Under the pieces are notes generated by a model. It was not told where the DNA came from, did not search any database, and saw nothing but the letters and a program-made list of their open reading frames with translations. Made by a program: the position numbers and the translations under genes. Below are positions 46,491-56,415 of a stretch of 64,000 nt of DNA, piece by piece (the first letter of the stretch is position 1; every line of letters starts with the position of its first letter). Source of the DNA: a virus (lineage: Duplodnaviria; Heunggongvirae; Uroviricota; Caudoviricetes); the IMG/VR virus record IMGVR_UViG_2925891887_000001, one strand, 5' to 3'.

Positions 46491-48854
46491 ATGAAGGCAC
46501 TGATGGTTCGAACTGACTTCTCACTTGGGGAGTCGGCTCTAAAAGCAGAAAACGCGGTGAAGATTGCCAGAGAAGCTGGCTACACCGCTGTAATTTCAGC
46601 AGATAGCATGAATATTGCGAGCGTTATTCCACTACAACGTGCCGCTGGTGACGACATGGCGGTTATTTGTGGTGTGAAACTAAACATTGTTGATGATCCC
46701 ACATACGAGCACCGGGCTAAACTTGCTAAAGAATCTATGAGATGTATGGAATCATTAGAGCGAGGACGTAACTACTCGTTTACCGCTCTAATTAAAAATG
46801 AGAAAGGATATCGCGACATCTGCGAACTAATGACGGCGGCCAACACACGAGAACAGTTCTACTTTGTACCGCGTCTCTCGCTCGAACAGTTGGTTTCTAC
46901 ATATGCCAAAGGCAACATCATCCTGCTTACTTCCGACATCGGTAGCGTGTTCCAACGCAACGATTTTGCAAAAATCATAAGCACACTGATTACAGCGGGT
47001 GGAAAAGACAACTTCTATAGTGTGGTTTATCCGCACCCTACCCCATTCTACGACCAGATTAACGTCCGGGCGATGAAAGTCGCCAGCGCATTGAAAATAG
47101 AGCCAGTGGCGTTCTATCCCGCTTATTACGAATCGATCGACGATGCAGACATTAAAGACATTGCGCACATGGTTACGAACAACATCAAAATCGACCAGCC
47201 GCATCGTCTGCGTATCCCCCACCAGCGAGATAACGCCGTCAATGGTCGCCGCCATCTCCTTGAGGCGCTTAAAGCCTTCTCCGTTCGCATGGATGTGCCG
47301 GTAACAGCTGCAATGGCCTCAACAACGCAGGATACCATTATCGATGCCTGCACATGGCGCTGGCATGAATTGCCGCCAGCACTGCCAAAGATGGCAGACG
47401 ACGAGCCTGCAACGCTGATGAAACTGGCTGTTGCAGGGCTGCGTAAACGTCTTACCACAAAAGAGTTTGGCTACACACCACCTGCTTCTGAGAACAGGGT
47501 TTATGTTGAGCGGCTAAAGTACGAAATGGACACGCTGACTCGCCTGGGATTCTGTGGTTACTTCCTGATGGTGCGCGATCTGATGAATCATAGTCGTGAA
47601 ACTGGCATTCCCGTTGGGCCTGGTCGTGGTTCCTCTGCCGGTTCTCTGGTGGCGTGGTGCATAGGCATAACCAACGTCGACCCAATCCGTCACGGTCTTC
47701 TGTTTGAGCGTTTCATCAACCCTGAGCGTCTCGACTTGCCGGATGCGGACTTGGACTTCAGCCAGGCACGTCGCCATGAGGTGATCGAGTATCTGAATGA
47801 ACGCTACGGCGAAGATTACGTTGCAGGCATTCCGAACTTCACCTACCTGGGCGCAGCCTCTGCACTACGTGATACCGCTCGTATTTATGGTGTGGAGTCC
47901 GCAGATATGGCGGTATCAAAAGAGCTGAAGAACGTCGAGGATGATAGCCTTCCATTGGAGGAGCTGCGCGAACAACTGGCAAGTCTCGACAAATACGCAA
48001 CAAAATATCCTGATGCATTCAATGCAGCCTGCAAGTTACAAAGCCTTATGCGTGGCTTTGGTAGACATGCGGCAGGGATGATCGTAGCAGGTGTTCCTCT
48101 GACAGAACGTACACCGGTTGAACGCCGTGGTGACGCGCGTTGTATCGCATTTGACAAGCGTTACTGCGAGGCTATGGGCCTAATTAAGCTGGACGTGCTT
48201 GGCCTGGCAACTCTCGATTTGCTCGATAGTGCAAAACGCTACATAAAAGAGAACACAGGTGAAGATATCAATCTTGATGCCATTTCTCTTGAAGATCGCA
48301 AGGTGCTGGATGGTTTTGCTGCAGGGTATACACAGGGCGTATTCCAGCTTGAATCAGGCCCAATGCGCAAGCTGCTTAAAGATTTAGGTGGTGGAATTGA
48401 GCCAATGAGCTTTAAAACGGTCGTCGCTACAACTGCGCTCTTCCGACCTGGCCCGATTCAATCCGGCATGTTGGACGATTATGTGTCCGTGGCCAAAGGC
48501 TTCATGGCCCCACATTCCTTACACCCAATGCTGGACGACATCTCTCGCGACACAAACGGAGTTCTGATTTATCAGGAACAGATCATGGCTGCTACGCGAA
48601 TCTTGGCGGGGTTCTCAATGGCGGAAGCAGACTCGGTCAGGAAAGCGATCGGGAAAAAAGATATGGAGAAAATGAAATCCATTGGCGGCGACTTCATTAA
48701 GCGAGCGGAGGAAGGCTGGGTGACAGTGTCACTGGATGATGGTTCTACGAGAAAAATCCATAAAGCAGCACGCCTACTTTGTGCTGATGGTGAGCGTCGC
48801 ACTTATGCCGAAGCAATGGCAATAAATGCCGACATAACGAGCTTCGATATTTGA
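46491..48854 (+). CDS. DNA polymerase III alpha-type (DnaE-like) replicative polymerase, N-terminal part
   Basis: Polymerase core block GRGSSAGSLVAWCIGITNVDPIRHGLLFERFINPER; ORF ends in non-conserved sequence just before the finger-domain motif. Confidence 0.75.
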   Translation: MKALMVRTDFSLGESALKAENAVKIAREAGYTAVISADSMNIASVIPLQRAAGDDMAVICGVKLNIVDDPTYEHRAKLAKESMRCMESLERGRNYSFTALIKNEKGYRDICELMTAANTREQFYFVPRLSLEQLVSTYAKGNIILLTSDIGSVFQRNDFAKIISTLITAGGKDNFYSVVYPHPTPFYDQINVRAMKVASALKIEPVAFYPAYYESIDDADIKDIAHMVTNNIKIDQPHRLRIPHQRDNAVNGRRHLLEALKAFSVRMDVPVTAAMASTTQDTIIDACTWRWHELPPALPKMADDEPATLMKLAVAGLRKRLTTKEFGYTPPASENRVYVERLKYEMDTLTRLGFCGYFLMVRDLMNHSRETGIPVGPGRGSSAGSLVAWCIGITNVDPIRHGLLFERFINPERLDLPDADLDFSQARRHEVIEYLNERYGEDYVAGIPNFTYLGAASALRDTARIYGVESADMAVSKELKNVEDDSLPLEELREQLASLDKYATKYPDAFNAACKLQSLMRGFGRHAAGMIVAGVPLTERTPVERRGDARCIAFDKRYCEAMGLIKLDVLGLATLDLLDSAKRYIKENTGEDINLDAISLEDRKVLDGFAAGYTQGVFQLESGPMRKLLKDLGGGIEPMSFKTVVATTALFRPGPIQSGMLDDYVSVAKGFMAPHSLHPMLDDISRDTNGVLIYQEQIMAATRILAGFSMAEADSVRKAIGKKDMEKMKSIGGDFIKRAEEGWVTVSLDDGSTRKIHKAARLLCADGERRTYAEAMAINADITSFDI

Positions 48855-48902
48855 GAATTAATTTATAAGATAAGAAAACAATTTGTTTAGTGAGTCTTAG
48901 AA

Positions 48903-49637
48903 ATGCCGAGTACGAAGTACAAAATCACAGAAGAATGGTTACGTCAGCGTTACATGGTTGACCTGATGAGAAAAGAAGACATTGCCGCCGAAGCTGGTTG
49001 CAGCAAGGCAAATATTGACCGCTTATTAGCCAAATGGGGGATCAGGCGCGGAAGCGCGCGGATCTCCGCTACCCCAGCCTGGAATCGTGGCAAAAACAAA
49101 AATAATGACGAACGTATGAAGCGTCTCTCCGAAGCCCGGACTGGCACTGGCAACCCTATGTATGGGAAAACCTCGTGGAATGCCGGTCTGCGTGCTGATA
49201 TCGATGAGCGAGTGGCCACCGTTTCGAAAAAGCTAACCGGCAGAACAATCCGCGCGGAGACGAAGGAAAAGCTGGCGGCTGCCAAACGCGGAAAGATCGG
49301 AGAAGAAGCGAACAACTACAAAGGTGGCATCATCGTAAAAACCAACGGCTACATGATGCAGCTGGTTGGTAACAATGGCGTTTCGCAATACGAATACGTT
49401 CATCGATTGATAGCGAAAGAACGTCTCGGTCGGGAGCTACGTGACGATGAACATGTCCACCATATTAACCGCGATACGATAGATAACGCCCCTGGGAATC
49501 TTGTAGCACTTCCAGAAGACGCCCACATTCGCCTGCATAGTGAAATGCGTGAAGAGATATGGAGCTGGGAGCGCCAACGGAACTGGCTGGCCTCCAATGG
49601 GTATGAGTTCGTGAAGATTGATGAGGTGACTGCATGA
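48903..49637 (+). CDS. HNH homing endonuclease inserted within the split DnaE gene
   Basis: HNH motif (HHINRDTIDNAPGNLVALPEDAHIRLH) and repeated basic NUMOD-like motifs (WNRGKNK, MYGKTSWNAGL). Confidence 0.75.
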   Translation: MPSTKYKITEEWLRQRYMVDLMRKEDIAAEAGCSKANIDRLLAKWGIRRGSARISATPAWNRGKNKNNDERMKRLSEARTGTGNPMYGKTSWNAGLRADIDERVATVSKKLTGRTIRAETKEKLAAAKRGKIGEEANNYKGGIIVKTNGYMMQLVGNNGVSQYEYVHRLIAKERLGRELRDDEHVHHINRDTIDNAPGNLVALPEDAHIRLHSEMREEIWSWERQRNWLASNGYEFVKIDEVTA

Positions 49638-50803
49638 AAATTACCGGTGTTGTCGAAGAGAGCAATGGCCTGACGCACGAACGAGCCGAAGAAATCTGGA
49701 ATATGTTTGAGAAATCCGGCGCGTATGCCTTCAACAAATCACACTCTGTTGCTTACTCCTTAATCAGTTATCAATCTATGTGGTTGAAAACTCATTATCC
49801 CGCAGAGTTTTTCGCTGCTGCTCTCACTATTCTTGGCGAAGATAAACACCAGGGGCTGGTTAAAGATGCGCTGACCTATGGCATTCGCGTATTGCCACCA
49901 GACGTTAACGTGTCATCTAACCGAATCGAGATCCGCACGCTTGAAGATGGCAGCCAGGTGCTGTATGCGCCCTTCTCTGCTGTGAAGGGGTGTTCTGAGA
50001 ATGGCTGCCAAGCCATCATGAGAGCGCGAGAAAAAGTTGGCGGCAAATTCGAGTCACTGGCGCAATTCGAAGAAGCTGTCGAGAAACGTGCCTGTAATAG
50101 TCGAGTGCGCGAATCGCTGCAAAAAGTAGGGGCGTTTGCATCCATCGAGCCAGGCAGTCTGCCAGCAACTGATCCAGAGCGCCTACGCGACCAGGCTGAA
50201 TTGATGGGAAACCTTGTCATAGACGCAGTTAAAGCCTCACGTCCGTTTGAGATGAACCCCAAACGTTCGGCTGAAATTAACGTACTCATGACGCGGATGG
50301 CGGCTGAAATGGGCTTAGGTGATGAACTAATCCGCCCCAGCATTGGTATTAAGCCGAAAATCATGATCATTCTGGACAATGCGAACGGCAATGATGCTCG
50401 AACCGGTTACTTTATGGAGAACGGATACGACGACTTTAAGGCCAAGCTATTGACGGCTGGAGATTTACGCATGGGCGATCTCTATGTCACAGGTGTTTGC
50501 AAGAAGGTTAAAGACAAAGAAAAAGACTACACCAAAGACGAGATCGGCCAGTTCACCGACTTTATGCGTGAAGAGATCAATCTGGTGCGTCCGACCTATG
50601 TGCTGACGTGTGGCAGCCGGGCAACTTCATTGTTTAACAACAAAAACAAGCCATCCGATTTGGTCGGCAGGAAGGAGTATCTTCCAGACCTTGACGTTAC
50701 TGTCTTTTACGGGTTTAACCCCAACATTCTTTACTTCAGACCTGAAGAGGGAGAACGACTAGAAGCGATATTAGCCGACGTAGCAGAAACTATTAAGACG
50801 TGA
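49634..50803 (+). CDS. DnaE-like polymerase, C-terminal part
   Basis: Begins with the conserved finger motif region (GAYAFNKSHSVAYSLISYQSMWLKTHYPAEF); own ATG overlapping the HNH stop. Confidence 0.75.
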   Translation: MKITGVVEESNGLTHERAEEIWNMFEKSGAYAFNKSHSVAYSLISYQSMWLKTHYPAEFFAAALTILGEDKHQGLVKDALTYGIRVLPPDVNVSSNRIEIRTLEDGSQVLYAPFSAVKGCSENGCQAIMRAREKVGGKFESLAQFEEAVEKRACNSRVRESLQKVGAFASIEPGSLPATDPERLRDQAELMGNLVIDAVKASRPFEMNPKRSAEINVLMTRMAAEMGLGDELIRPSIGIKPKIMIILDNANGNDARTGYFMENGYDDFKAKLLTAGDLRMGDLYVTGVCKKVKDKEKDYTKDEIGQFTDFMREEINLVRPTYVLTCGSRATSLFNNKNKPSDLVGRKEYLPDLDVTVFYGFNPNILYFRPEEGERLEAILADVAETIKT

Positions 50804-50810
50804 TCCAATA

Positions 50811-50836
50811 AACATGGCCATAAAGGCCATGTTTTC
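50811..50836 (+). terminator. Rho-independent terminator
   Basis: ACATGGCC-ATAAA-GGCCATGT hairpin followed by TTTT. Confidence 0.65.
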
Positions 50837-50905
50837 CCTTATCCCCTCACCCCCCCTATCTTCAAGCTCATTGCCTCATCATTACAATGATATAATCAAT
50901 ACAAA

Positions 50906-51361
50906 ATGATAAGTGATAAGGAAATGTGCATGATCGCCGATATTTACGAGAAAATAATGTCTGATCTCGAGTTTGACCGAGACAATCTGGAGGAAGTCTG
51001 GCGTAGACAACCCCGCCTTTTAATGGAGTATGGCTCAAAACTCGCTCATGCAGAAAGAAGTGTCGCAGAGGCAAAACTTAACCTTGAAGCTGTTGAAGCA
51101 AAGCTATACGACACAGAGCGTAAGAACTTGAGTATGAACGGCATTAAGTTCAACGAATCTGTACTGGACGCTAAGGTTAAAACAAACCCACAGTATCTGT
51201 CTAAAAGGCAGAAGTTGGATGAAGCACGGCACATCGCAGACATATACAAACATGCTGTCGCCGCCTTTTCGCATCGCCGAGACATGATCGTTCAGGCGTC
51301 AAAGATGGCCATCGTTGAATTAGAGCGATTAGGCTCTGAACGCTTTATTACTCCCCGTTGA
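50906..51361 (+). CDS. hypothetical protein (possible recombination mediator)
   Basis: 151-aa helical ORF immediately upstream of the SSB gene; function not supported by motif. Confidence 0.45.
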   Translation: MISDKEMCMIADIYEKIMSDLEFDRDNLEEVWRRQPRLLMEYGSKLAHAERSVAEAKLNLEAVEAKLYDTERKNLSMNGIKFNESVLDAKVKTNPQYLSKRQKLDEARHIADIYKHAVAAFSHRRDMIVQASKMAIVELERLGSERFITPR

Positions 51362-51478
51362 TTTTTGATAGATAATAAGTAAGTACTGATCTATCATTTA
51401 ACAGCTCGAAAGAGCCACGAATGAACGAAAGCCCAACGCGCATAGCGCCATCGGCCAAATCACAACAAGGAGAAACAC

Positions 51479-52507
51479 ATGTCTAAGACATTACTTGATT
51501 TGCTTAACAAAACTCGTGAAGACATTGCCGCCAAACGTGGTAACAACGTTGATCTGACTCGCTTAAAAGACGGCGTCAACTATATCCGCATCTTCCCGAA
51601 TAAAGACGACCCAAACGGTAAGTTCTTCCAGACTTTCGGTATGCACTACGTTAAGTATCAGAACGAGGAAGGTAAAGAAGCAACCAACGCTTATATTTGT
51701 GAGCAACATACTCACGGTCGCGCTTGTCAGCTATGCGAAATGGTGATGGAAGGTCGCGCTCGTCACAAGGGTAACAAAGCAATGGAAGAACGCATCGGTC
51801 AAATGCGTGCCACTCCTCGCTACCTGGTCAACGGCATTCTTTCTGCTCGTGAGGATTTCGCAGATGCTGAGAAATGCCAGTTAATCGAGCTGCCGTCTAC
51901 TGTATTCGATGATATCTGCAAAGCAATCACCGAAGACATCGCTGATGATATCGGCAATCCACTGAGCAAAGAGGAAGGCTACGCATTCCTGATTAAACGT
52001 ACTGGCTCTGGTCGCGATACCAAATATGACGTCTCGCCTAAGCGTAAAGTCTACAAAGGCGATATCGAAGATAAATTCTGGAATACCCAGCATGATCTGA
52101 TCGCATACGCAAATCAGGCTGATGAAACTCGTCTTCTGTCGACAGTTCGCACTATGGGTCGTCTGATTGGCATCGCTGCACCAACTGCCGCAGCATCTGC
52201 ACCAGCAATTTCCTCAACCGCGAAAACATCGGCTGCGGCACTACCTGGATTTGGCTCTGTCACTGGTCATACGGAGGGTGCGACTGCTGTAGCTACCGCT
52301 CATACCCCAGCTTCTGAACCAACCAGTCTGGTTGATGAAGAAATCCTCCGTGCCGTTGAAACTGAATTTAAACCAGAAGCAAGTCCCGCTGCCGTTGCAG
52401 TATCAGTCAAAGAGTCTGAAGCAGTCGCAACGACATCTGTAGCAGCCGCATCTGCGACGGAAGATGAAGGTCTGGATGACCTACTGAGAGAGCTGGACTC
52501 TCTGTAA
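51479..52507 (+). CDS. single-stranded DNA-binding protein (T4 gp32-like)
   Basis: Zn-binding His/Cys cluster (HTHGRACQLCE), Ala/Ser-rich linker and acidic C-terminal tail (EDEGLDDLLRELDSL). Confidence 0.6.
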   Translation: MSKTLLDLLNKTREDIAAKRGNNVDLTRLKDGVNYIRIFPNKDDPNGKFFQTFGMHYVKYQNEEGKEATNAYICEQHTHGRACQLCEMVMEGRARHKGNKAMEERIGQMRATPRYLVNGILSAREDFADAEKCQLIELPSTVFDDICKAITEDIADDIGNPLSKEEGYAFLIKRTGSGRDTKYDVSPKRKVYKGDIEDKFWNTQHDLIAYANQADETRLLSTVRTMGRLIGIAAPTAAASAPAISSTAKTSAAALPGFGSVTGHTEGATAVATAHTPASEPTSLVDEEILRAVETEFKPEASPAAVAVSVKESEAVATTSVAAASATEDEGLDDLLRELDSL

Positions 52508-52523
52508 TCCCATTACGTGACCA

Positions 52524-52552
52524 GTAAGGCGTCTACGGACGCCTTACTTTTT
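52524..52552 (+). terminator. Rho-independent terminator
   Basis: GTAAGGCGTC-TACG-GACGCCTTAC hairpin followed by TTTTT. Confidence 0.7.
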
Positions 52553-52567
52553 GGAAGGAATGTACCG

Positions 52568-53512
52568 GTGAATTATCTCTTCGTAGATGGCAATAGCCTG
52601 GGTTATTACCACCAACAATCTGACAAATTGCACAACGGCGAAATGGAAGTACAGGCTGCTTTCGGCTTTGTTAAGAACGTCCGTCGTTATGCCTCCATCC
52701 TCCATGCCCGACCTATGATTCTTTGGGATGGATTTAGTGACAAGCGTCGCGACTTTTACCCGGACTACAAAGCAAATCGCGACGACGATCCTGATATGAA
52801 AAAGATGAAGGAAGGCTTTGCTATCCAGAAGCCATACATCCTCAAAATGATGACCGCGCTTGGAGTTACCCAACTCATTGCAAAAGATGCAGAAGCGGAT
52901 GATCTGGCCGGGCTGCTGGTATCCCGCATGGCACCGCAGCCAACCGTTGAACACATCTATCTGTTAACAGGCGATAGCGACTGGCTTCAGTTAGTTCGTG
53001 AAAACGTAAGCTGGGTAAGCCTGCGTGAAGACGCCAAAAACAAGCAGGTTAATTTTGAGCAATTTGCGGAGCTGACAGGATTCGCTACTCCTCGCGCATT
53101 TTTGGAAGCAAAAGCATTACAAGGCGATAAATCGGACAACATTAGCGGTGTTGGTGGCATTGGTGCTGGCGGTGCGAAAGAGCTGCTGCATGAATGGGGA
53201 AGTGTCGCAACGATGGTACGCGGCATCAACGACGGCTCAATCGTGGTTGACAAAGGACGCCATAAGACCGCCTTCAACAAACTAGCGAAGAATGCCTTCA
53301 ACGAGAAAACAGGCTGTCGAATGCTCGAAGCGTTCAAGAGAAACATCACGCTAATGAACCTGATTGAGACGAAGTTTCCGCCTACCGAAATCGAAACAAT
53401 CAAAGGCAATCGTGACGTGAAAGCATTCGAGCAACTGTGCTACGAGCTGAATTTCCGTTCGTTCCTTGAAGACCTTGAAGTGTATGTTCTTCCATTCGAA
53501 AGGTATTGCTAA
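52568..53512 (+). CDS. 5'-3' exonuclease/flap endonuclease (RNase H-like)
   Basis: N-terminal LFVDGNSLGYY and H3TH-type glycine-rich segment (GDKSDNISGVGGIGAGGAKELL); GTG start after GGAAGGA placed downstream of the terminator. Confidence 0.75.
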   Translation: MNYLFVDGNSLGYYHQQSDKLHNGEMEVQAAFGFVKNVRRYASILHARPMILWDGFSDKRRDFYPDYKANRDDDPDMKKMKEGFAIQKPYILKMMTALGVTQLIAKDAEADDLAGLLVSRMAPQPTVEHIYLLTGDSDWLQLVRENVSWVSLREDAKNKQVNFEQFAELTGFATPRAFLEAKALQGDKSDNISGVGGIGAGGAKELLHEWGSVATMVRGINDGSIVVDKGRHKTAFNKLAKNAFNEKTGCRMLEAFKRNITLMNLIETKFPPTEIETIKGNRDVKAFEQLCYELNFRSFLEDLEVYVLPFERYC

Positions 53513-53778
53513 TGCTTAAATCAATTATTAATGGCGCTACAACCACCCCTGCCCAACTGGCAAAAGAGATTGTCTTTTATCACGGTGAGTACGCTGTCAT
53601 CGCACTGCCGTCAATTCTAGGCGCTGCCGGAATGAAAGCGACAGATCGCGAGTTTGGATTAGTCAGCGAGCAGGTCGTAAAAATCCTCGCTCGTGTATCC
53701 AGACTCCTTAACCACGATGCGATTGTATTCGATGAATCCGCCGCTTTAAAACGAATCAACGAAACAAAAGGAGCCTGA
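53506..53778 (+). CDS. hypothetical protein
   Basis: 90-aa ORF between the exonuclease and recA. Confidence 0.45.
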   Translation: MLMLKSIINGATTTPAQLAKEIVFYHGEYAVIALPSILGAAGMKATDREFGLVSEQVVKILARVSRLLNHDAIVFDESAALKRINETKGA

Positions 53779-53780
53779 TC

Positions 53781-56120
53781 ATGGCAAAAGGAAAATCCGC
53801 ACTGGCACTTGCTCTGAAAAAGAAAATCGGTAGCAACGACGAAATTCAGAAAGTAACTCATTGGATTGATACAGGCTTTCCACCGTTAAACAAAGCTATT
53901 TCTGGTCGTTACGATGGCGGCTTCCCATGTGGTCGTATCGTCGAAGTATTCGGTCCTCCAAGTGCAGGGAAATGTGTTACCGCAGACACCATGCTGCTGA
54001 CGGAGCGTGGAATGGTAACAGTGAAAGAGTTGTTTGAGATTGAAGGGTACAAAGCGACATGCACTACTCGCGATGTAGAGCATAACGTTGGACTCATCAA
54101 TGAAAATGGCGTGATAGAGAAGACCTCACACCTGACATGGAACAACCGTCGCAAATTCAAGCGTATTAAGCTGGCATCAGGCGGTTATATCGAGGCTACG
54201 TTCCGTCACCCAATCCGTGTGGTTGACGACTTAGGTAATGTCGTCTGGCGACATGCTGAAAAAATCAGTGTAGGCGACACGATTCCTTCAATGGTTGGCA
54301 CACATCAATTCGGCGATCAGCACCTGGATGCCAATATCGCAAAACTGATGGGCTATTTAATTGCTGACGGATACGTCGCCTCTGAAAATTCAGTGAATTT
54401 TTCTAACACAGATCCTTTCATCAAGGATGAGTACTACCGCCTCATTTCGCTGGTATCAGACAAGATGCCAGTTACGAGAAAACATAACGGCTCGGAAGAC
54501 CATGTGCTGTTTAGCAAAGAGGTGCGTTCGCTGCTTTTTAAAGAATATGGTCTGGAGTATGAGAAAGCTGCTGGCAAGCAGGTTCCGTTGAGTGTGCGTC
54601 GCGCCAATAGCGAGGCTCAAATTGCATTCCTTCGCGGCTACTTTGAGCTGGAATGCCACGTCAATGATGGTCGCTGCATTGAGGTTGTGAGCGCGAGTGG
54701 GCTGCTGCTACAGCAAATTCGCCTCATGCTCCTGAATCTGGGGATTACGTCAACTATCTCTGAAAAACACGTCGCGGGTTATGAAAATACATATTACCGG
54801 CTGTCATTCAGTGGCTCTAATTACGACCTTTTTCTGTCAACGATTGGTTTCGAATCTCCGGCACGTTTATCAGTGGCAACCAAACGGGACATTGGTTTTG
54901 ACCGCACTTACTCAGGCTATGTTCCGCACATCAGCGGCTTAGTGAAATCACTCTACGAGTCGCTCACCAAGACCACCCGTGAAGACTACGCTCTGGTAGA
55001 CCACGTTATTGGCCGCGGCGATCGTGTCGGAATAGACAAACTGCGAGAAATCTATGTCTCCTTCATTGGCAGAAAGAATCGTTTTAACGAGCATCTGTTT
55101 GCACAACTGGCAGCGGTAATTGGCTCTAACTTGTTCTACGACGAAGTCGTGGCTATTGAGGAAGGTGAAGCACCAACGTTCGACGTAGCGATGCCGGAAA
55201 CACACTCTTTCTGGTCTAACGGGATTATCAGCCACAACACATTCCTTGCAACAGCAGCGATGATCTCCGCTCAAAAACAAGATGGTCTGGCGGTATTCCT
55301 CGATCATGAAAACAGTTTTGACGTTGGCCTGGCTGTAGCCAATGGCCTGAACGCAGATGAGGATGACGGTCAGTGGGTCTACAAACAGCCGGATACCTTC
55401 GAAGACTCCGTAGAGCTGATCGGCACAATCCTCAAGCTGGTGCGCGACGAAGAGCTTATTCCGGAAACAGCCCCTATCTGCATCGTAGCCGACTCTCTGG
55501 CGTCGATGGTTCCGAACTCGAAGGCTGAGAAGTTCGACAAGATGGCAGAAGGCACTGCGAAAGACAAAGATCAGCTGAACATGAACGACAACACGGCGCT
55601 GGCGCGCGCGACAAGTGCGAACTTCCCTACTCTGGCGCTTTGGGCGCGTAAGTACAACGCGTGCATCATCTTCTTGAACCAGGTGCGTACCAAAATTGGT
55701 GTGATGTTTGGCGATCCGACTACGTCTCCGGGTGGCGACTCTCCGAAGTTCTACGCTTCTGTACGTATCCGTCTTGGTGCATCGGTGATGAAGGATGGTA
55801 AAGAGAAGATCGGCCAGGACGTAGGCGCAGAATGCATCAAAAACAAAGTTGCACCACCGTATGGCAAATGCACCTGGAAATTCTACTTCGATCCTACTCG
55901 TGGCCTCGACGTTATCGAATCGCTCGTCGAGTACATGCTGGAAGAAGGATACCTGCCAAAGAACGCCAGCGGGCGAGTTGAAATTGGTGACAAGAAATAC
56001 ACCAAATCGCAGATCGTCGAGATGTATCGGGAGAAGCCACTGGCTGAAATCATTGCGGCTTTGCAGGCAATCGACGACCGAAGAGCAAAAGACAACCCCA
56101 CCGAGTCAGTAGAAGAGTAA
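53781..56120 (+). CDS. recA: RecA recombinase precursor containing an intein
   Basis: Exteins (64 + 293 aa) align to bacterial RecA (GRIVEVFGPPSAGK | TFLATAA..., IIFLNQVRTKIGVMFGDPTTSPGG, KFYASVRIRLG); intein residues begin with Cys and end HN before Thr. Confidence 0.85.
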   Translation: MAKGKSALALALKKKIGSNDEIQKVTHWIDTGFPPLNKAISGRYDGGFPCGRIVEVFGPPSAGKCVTADTMLLTERGMVTVKELFEIEGYKATCTTRDVEHNVGLINENGVIEKTSHLTWNNRRKFKRIKLASGGYIEATFRHPIRVVDDLGNVVWRHAEKISVGDTIPSMVGTHQFGDQHLDANIAKLMGYLIADGYVASENSVNFSNTDPFIKDEYYRLISLVSDKMPVTRKHNGSEDHVLFSKEVRSLLFKEYGLEYEKAAGKQVPLSVRRANSEAQIAFLRGYFELECHVNDGRCIEVVSASGLLLQQIRLMLLNLGITSTISEKHVAGYENTYYRLSFSGSNYDLFLSTIGFESPARLSVATKRDIGFDRTYSGYVPHISGLVKSLYESLTKTTREDYALVDHVIGRGDRVGIDKLREIYVSFIGRKNRFNEHLFAQLAAVIGSNLFYDEVVAIEEGEAPTFDVAMPETHSFWSNGIISHNTFLATAAMISAQKQDGLAVFLDHENSFDVGLAVANGLNADEDDGQWVYKQPDTFEDSVELIGTILKLVRDEELIPETAPICIVADSLASMVPNSKAEKFDKMAEGTAKDKDQLNMNDNTALARATSANFPTLALWARKYNACIIFLNQVRTKIGVMFGDPTTSPGGDSPKFYASVRIRLGASVMKDGKEKIGQDVGAECIKNKVAPPYGKCTWKFYFDPTRGLDVIESLVEYMLEEGYLPKNASGRVEIGDKKYTKSQIVEMYREKPLAEIIAALQAIDDRRAKDNPTESVEE
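53973..55238 (+). mobile_element. intein (422 aa) with LAGLIDADG homing endonuclease domain, inserted in the RecA Walker A motif between K and T
   Basis: In-frame element CVTADTMLL...IISHN followed by +1 Thr; LAGLIDADG-like motifs LMGYLIADGYV and FLRGYFELECHV. Confidence 0.8.
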
Positions 56121-56124
56121 ACAC

Positions 56125-56148
56125 AAGGCGTCCACAGGACGCCTTTTT
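56125..56148 (+). terminator. Rho-independent terminator
   Basis: AAGGCGTCC-ACA-GGACGCCTT hairpin with TTTTT. Confidence 0.7.
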
Positions 56149-56211
56149 ATCTCTTGAAAATATATAAGTACTTACTTATTATTTTCGCATAACAACCACA
56201 TAGGAAAACAC

Positions 56212-56412
56212 ATGATCAAAATCTATCTATTGGCAGTAGCCACAGGCGTTTCAGTGGCTCTCATCTACGGTTTACTGGTTCCGTCGCTGATTTCTACCAA
56301 GAGTGATTTAGCCGTCATGTTTGGAGTTATCGTTGGTTTTGGTGCTCCTGTAATCGGTCTTATTGCTGGTCGTAAGTTTATCAACTCATTAATCAAAGCA
56401 AAGGGGAAATAA
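56212..56412 (+). CDS. small two-helix membrane protein (partner of the SPFH protein)
   Basis: 66 aa, two hydrophobic helices, 4 nt upstream of the SPFH gene. Confidence 0.5.
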   Translation: MIKIYLLAVATGVSVALIYGLLVPSLISTKSDLAVMFGVIVGFGAPVIGLIAGRKFINSLIKAKGK

Positions 56413-56415
56413 GTA

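Noticed and set aside
46313-46516. 67-aa ORF between the AAA+ ATPase and DnaE genes
   Set aside because: It starts with GTG in the track, lacks a convincing RBS, overlaps the DnaE start and has no motif; kept out of the feature list as too weakly supported.
46491-50803. Possibility that the HNH element in DnaE is an intein
   Set aside because: The N-terminal part ends in a stop codon, the HNH ORF has its own start, and the C-terminal part is in a different reading frame. An intein must be in frame with both exteins.
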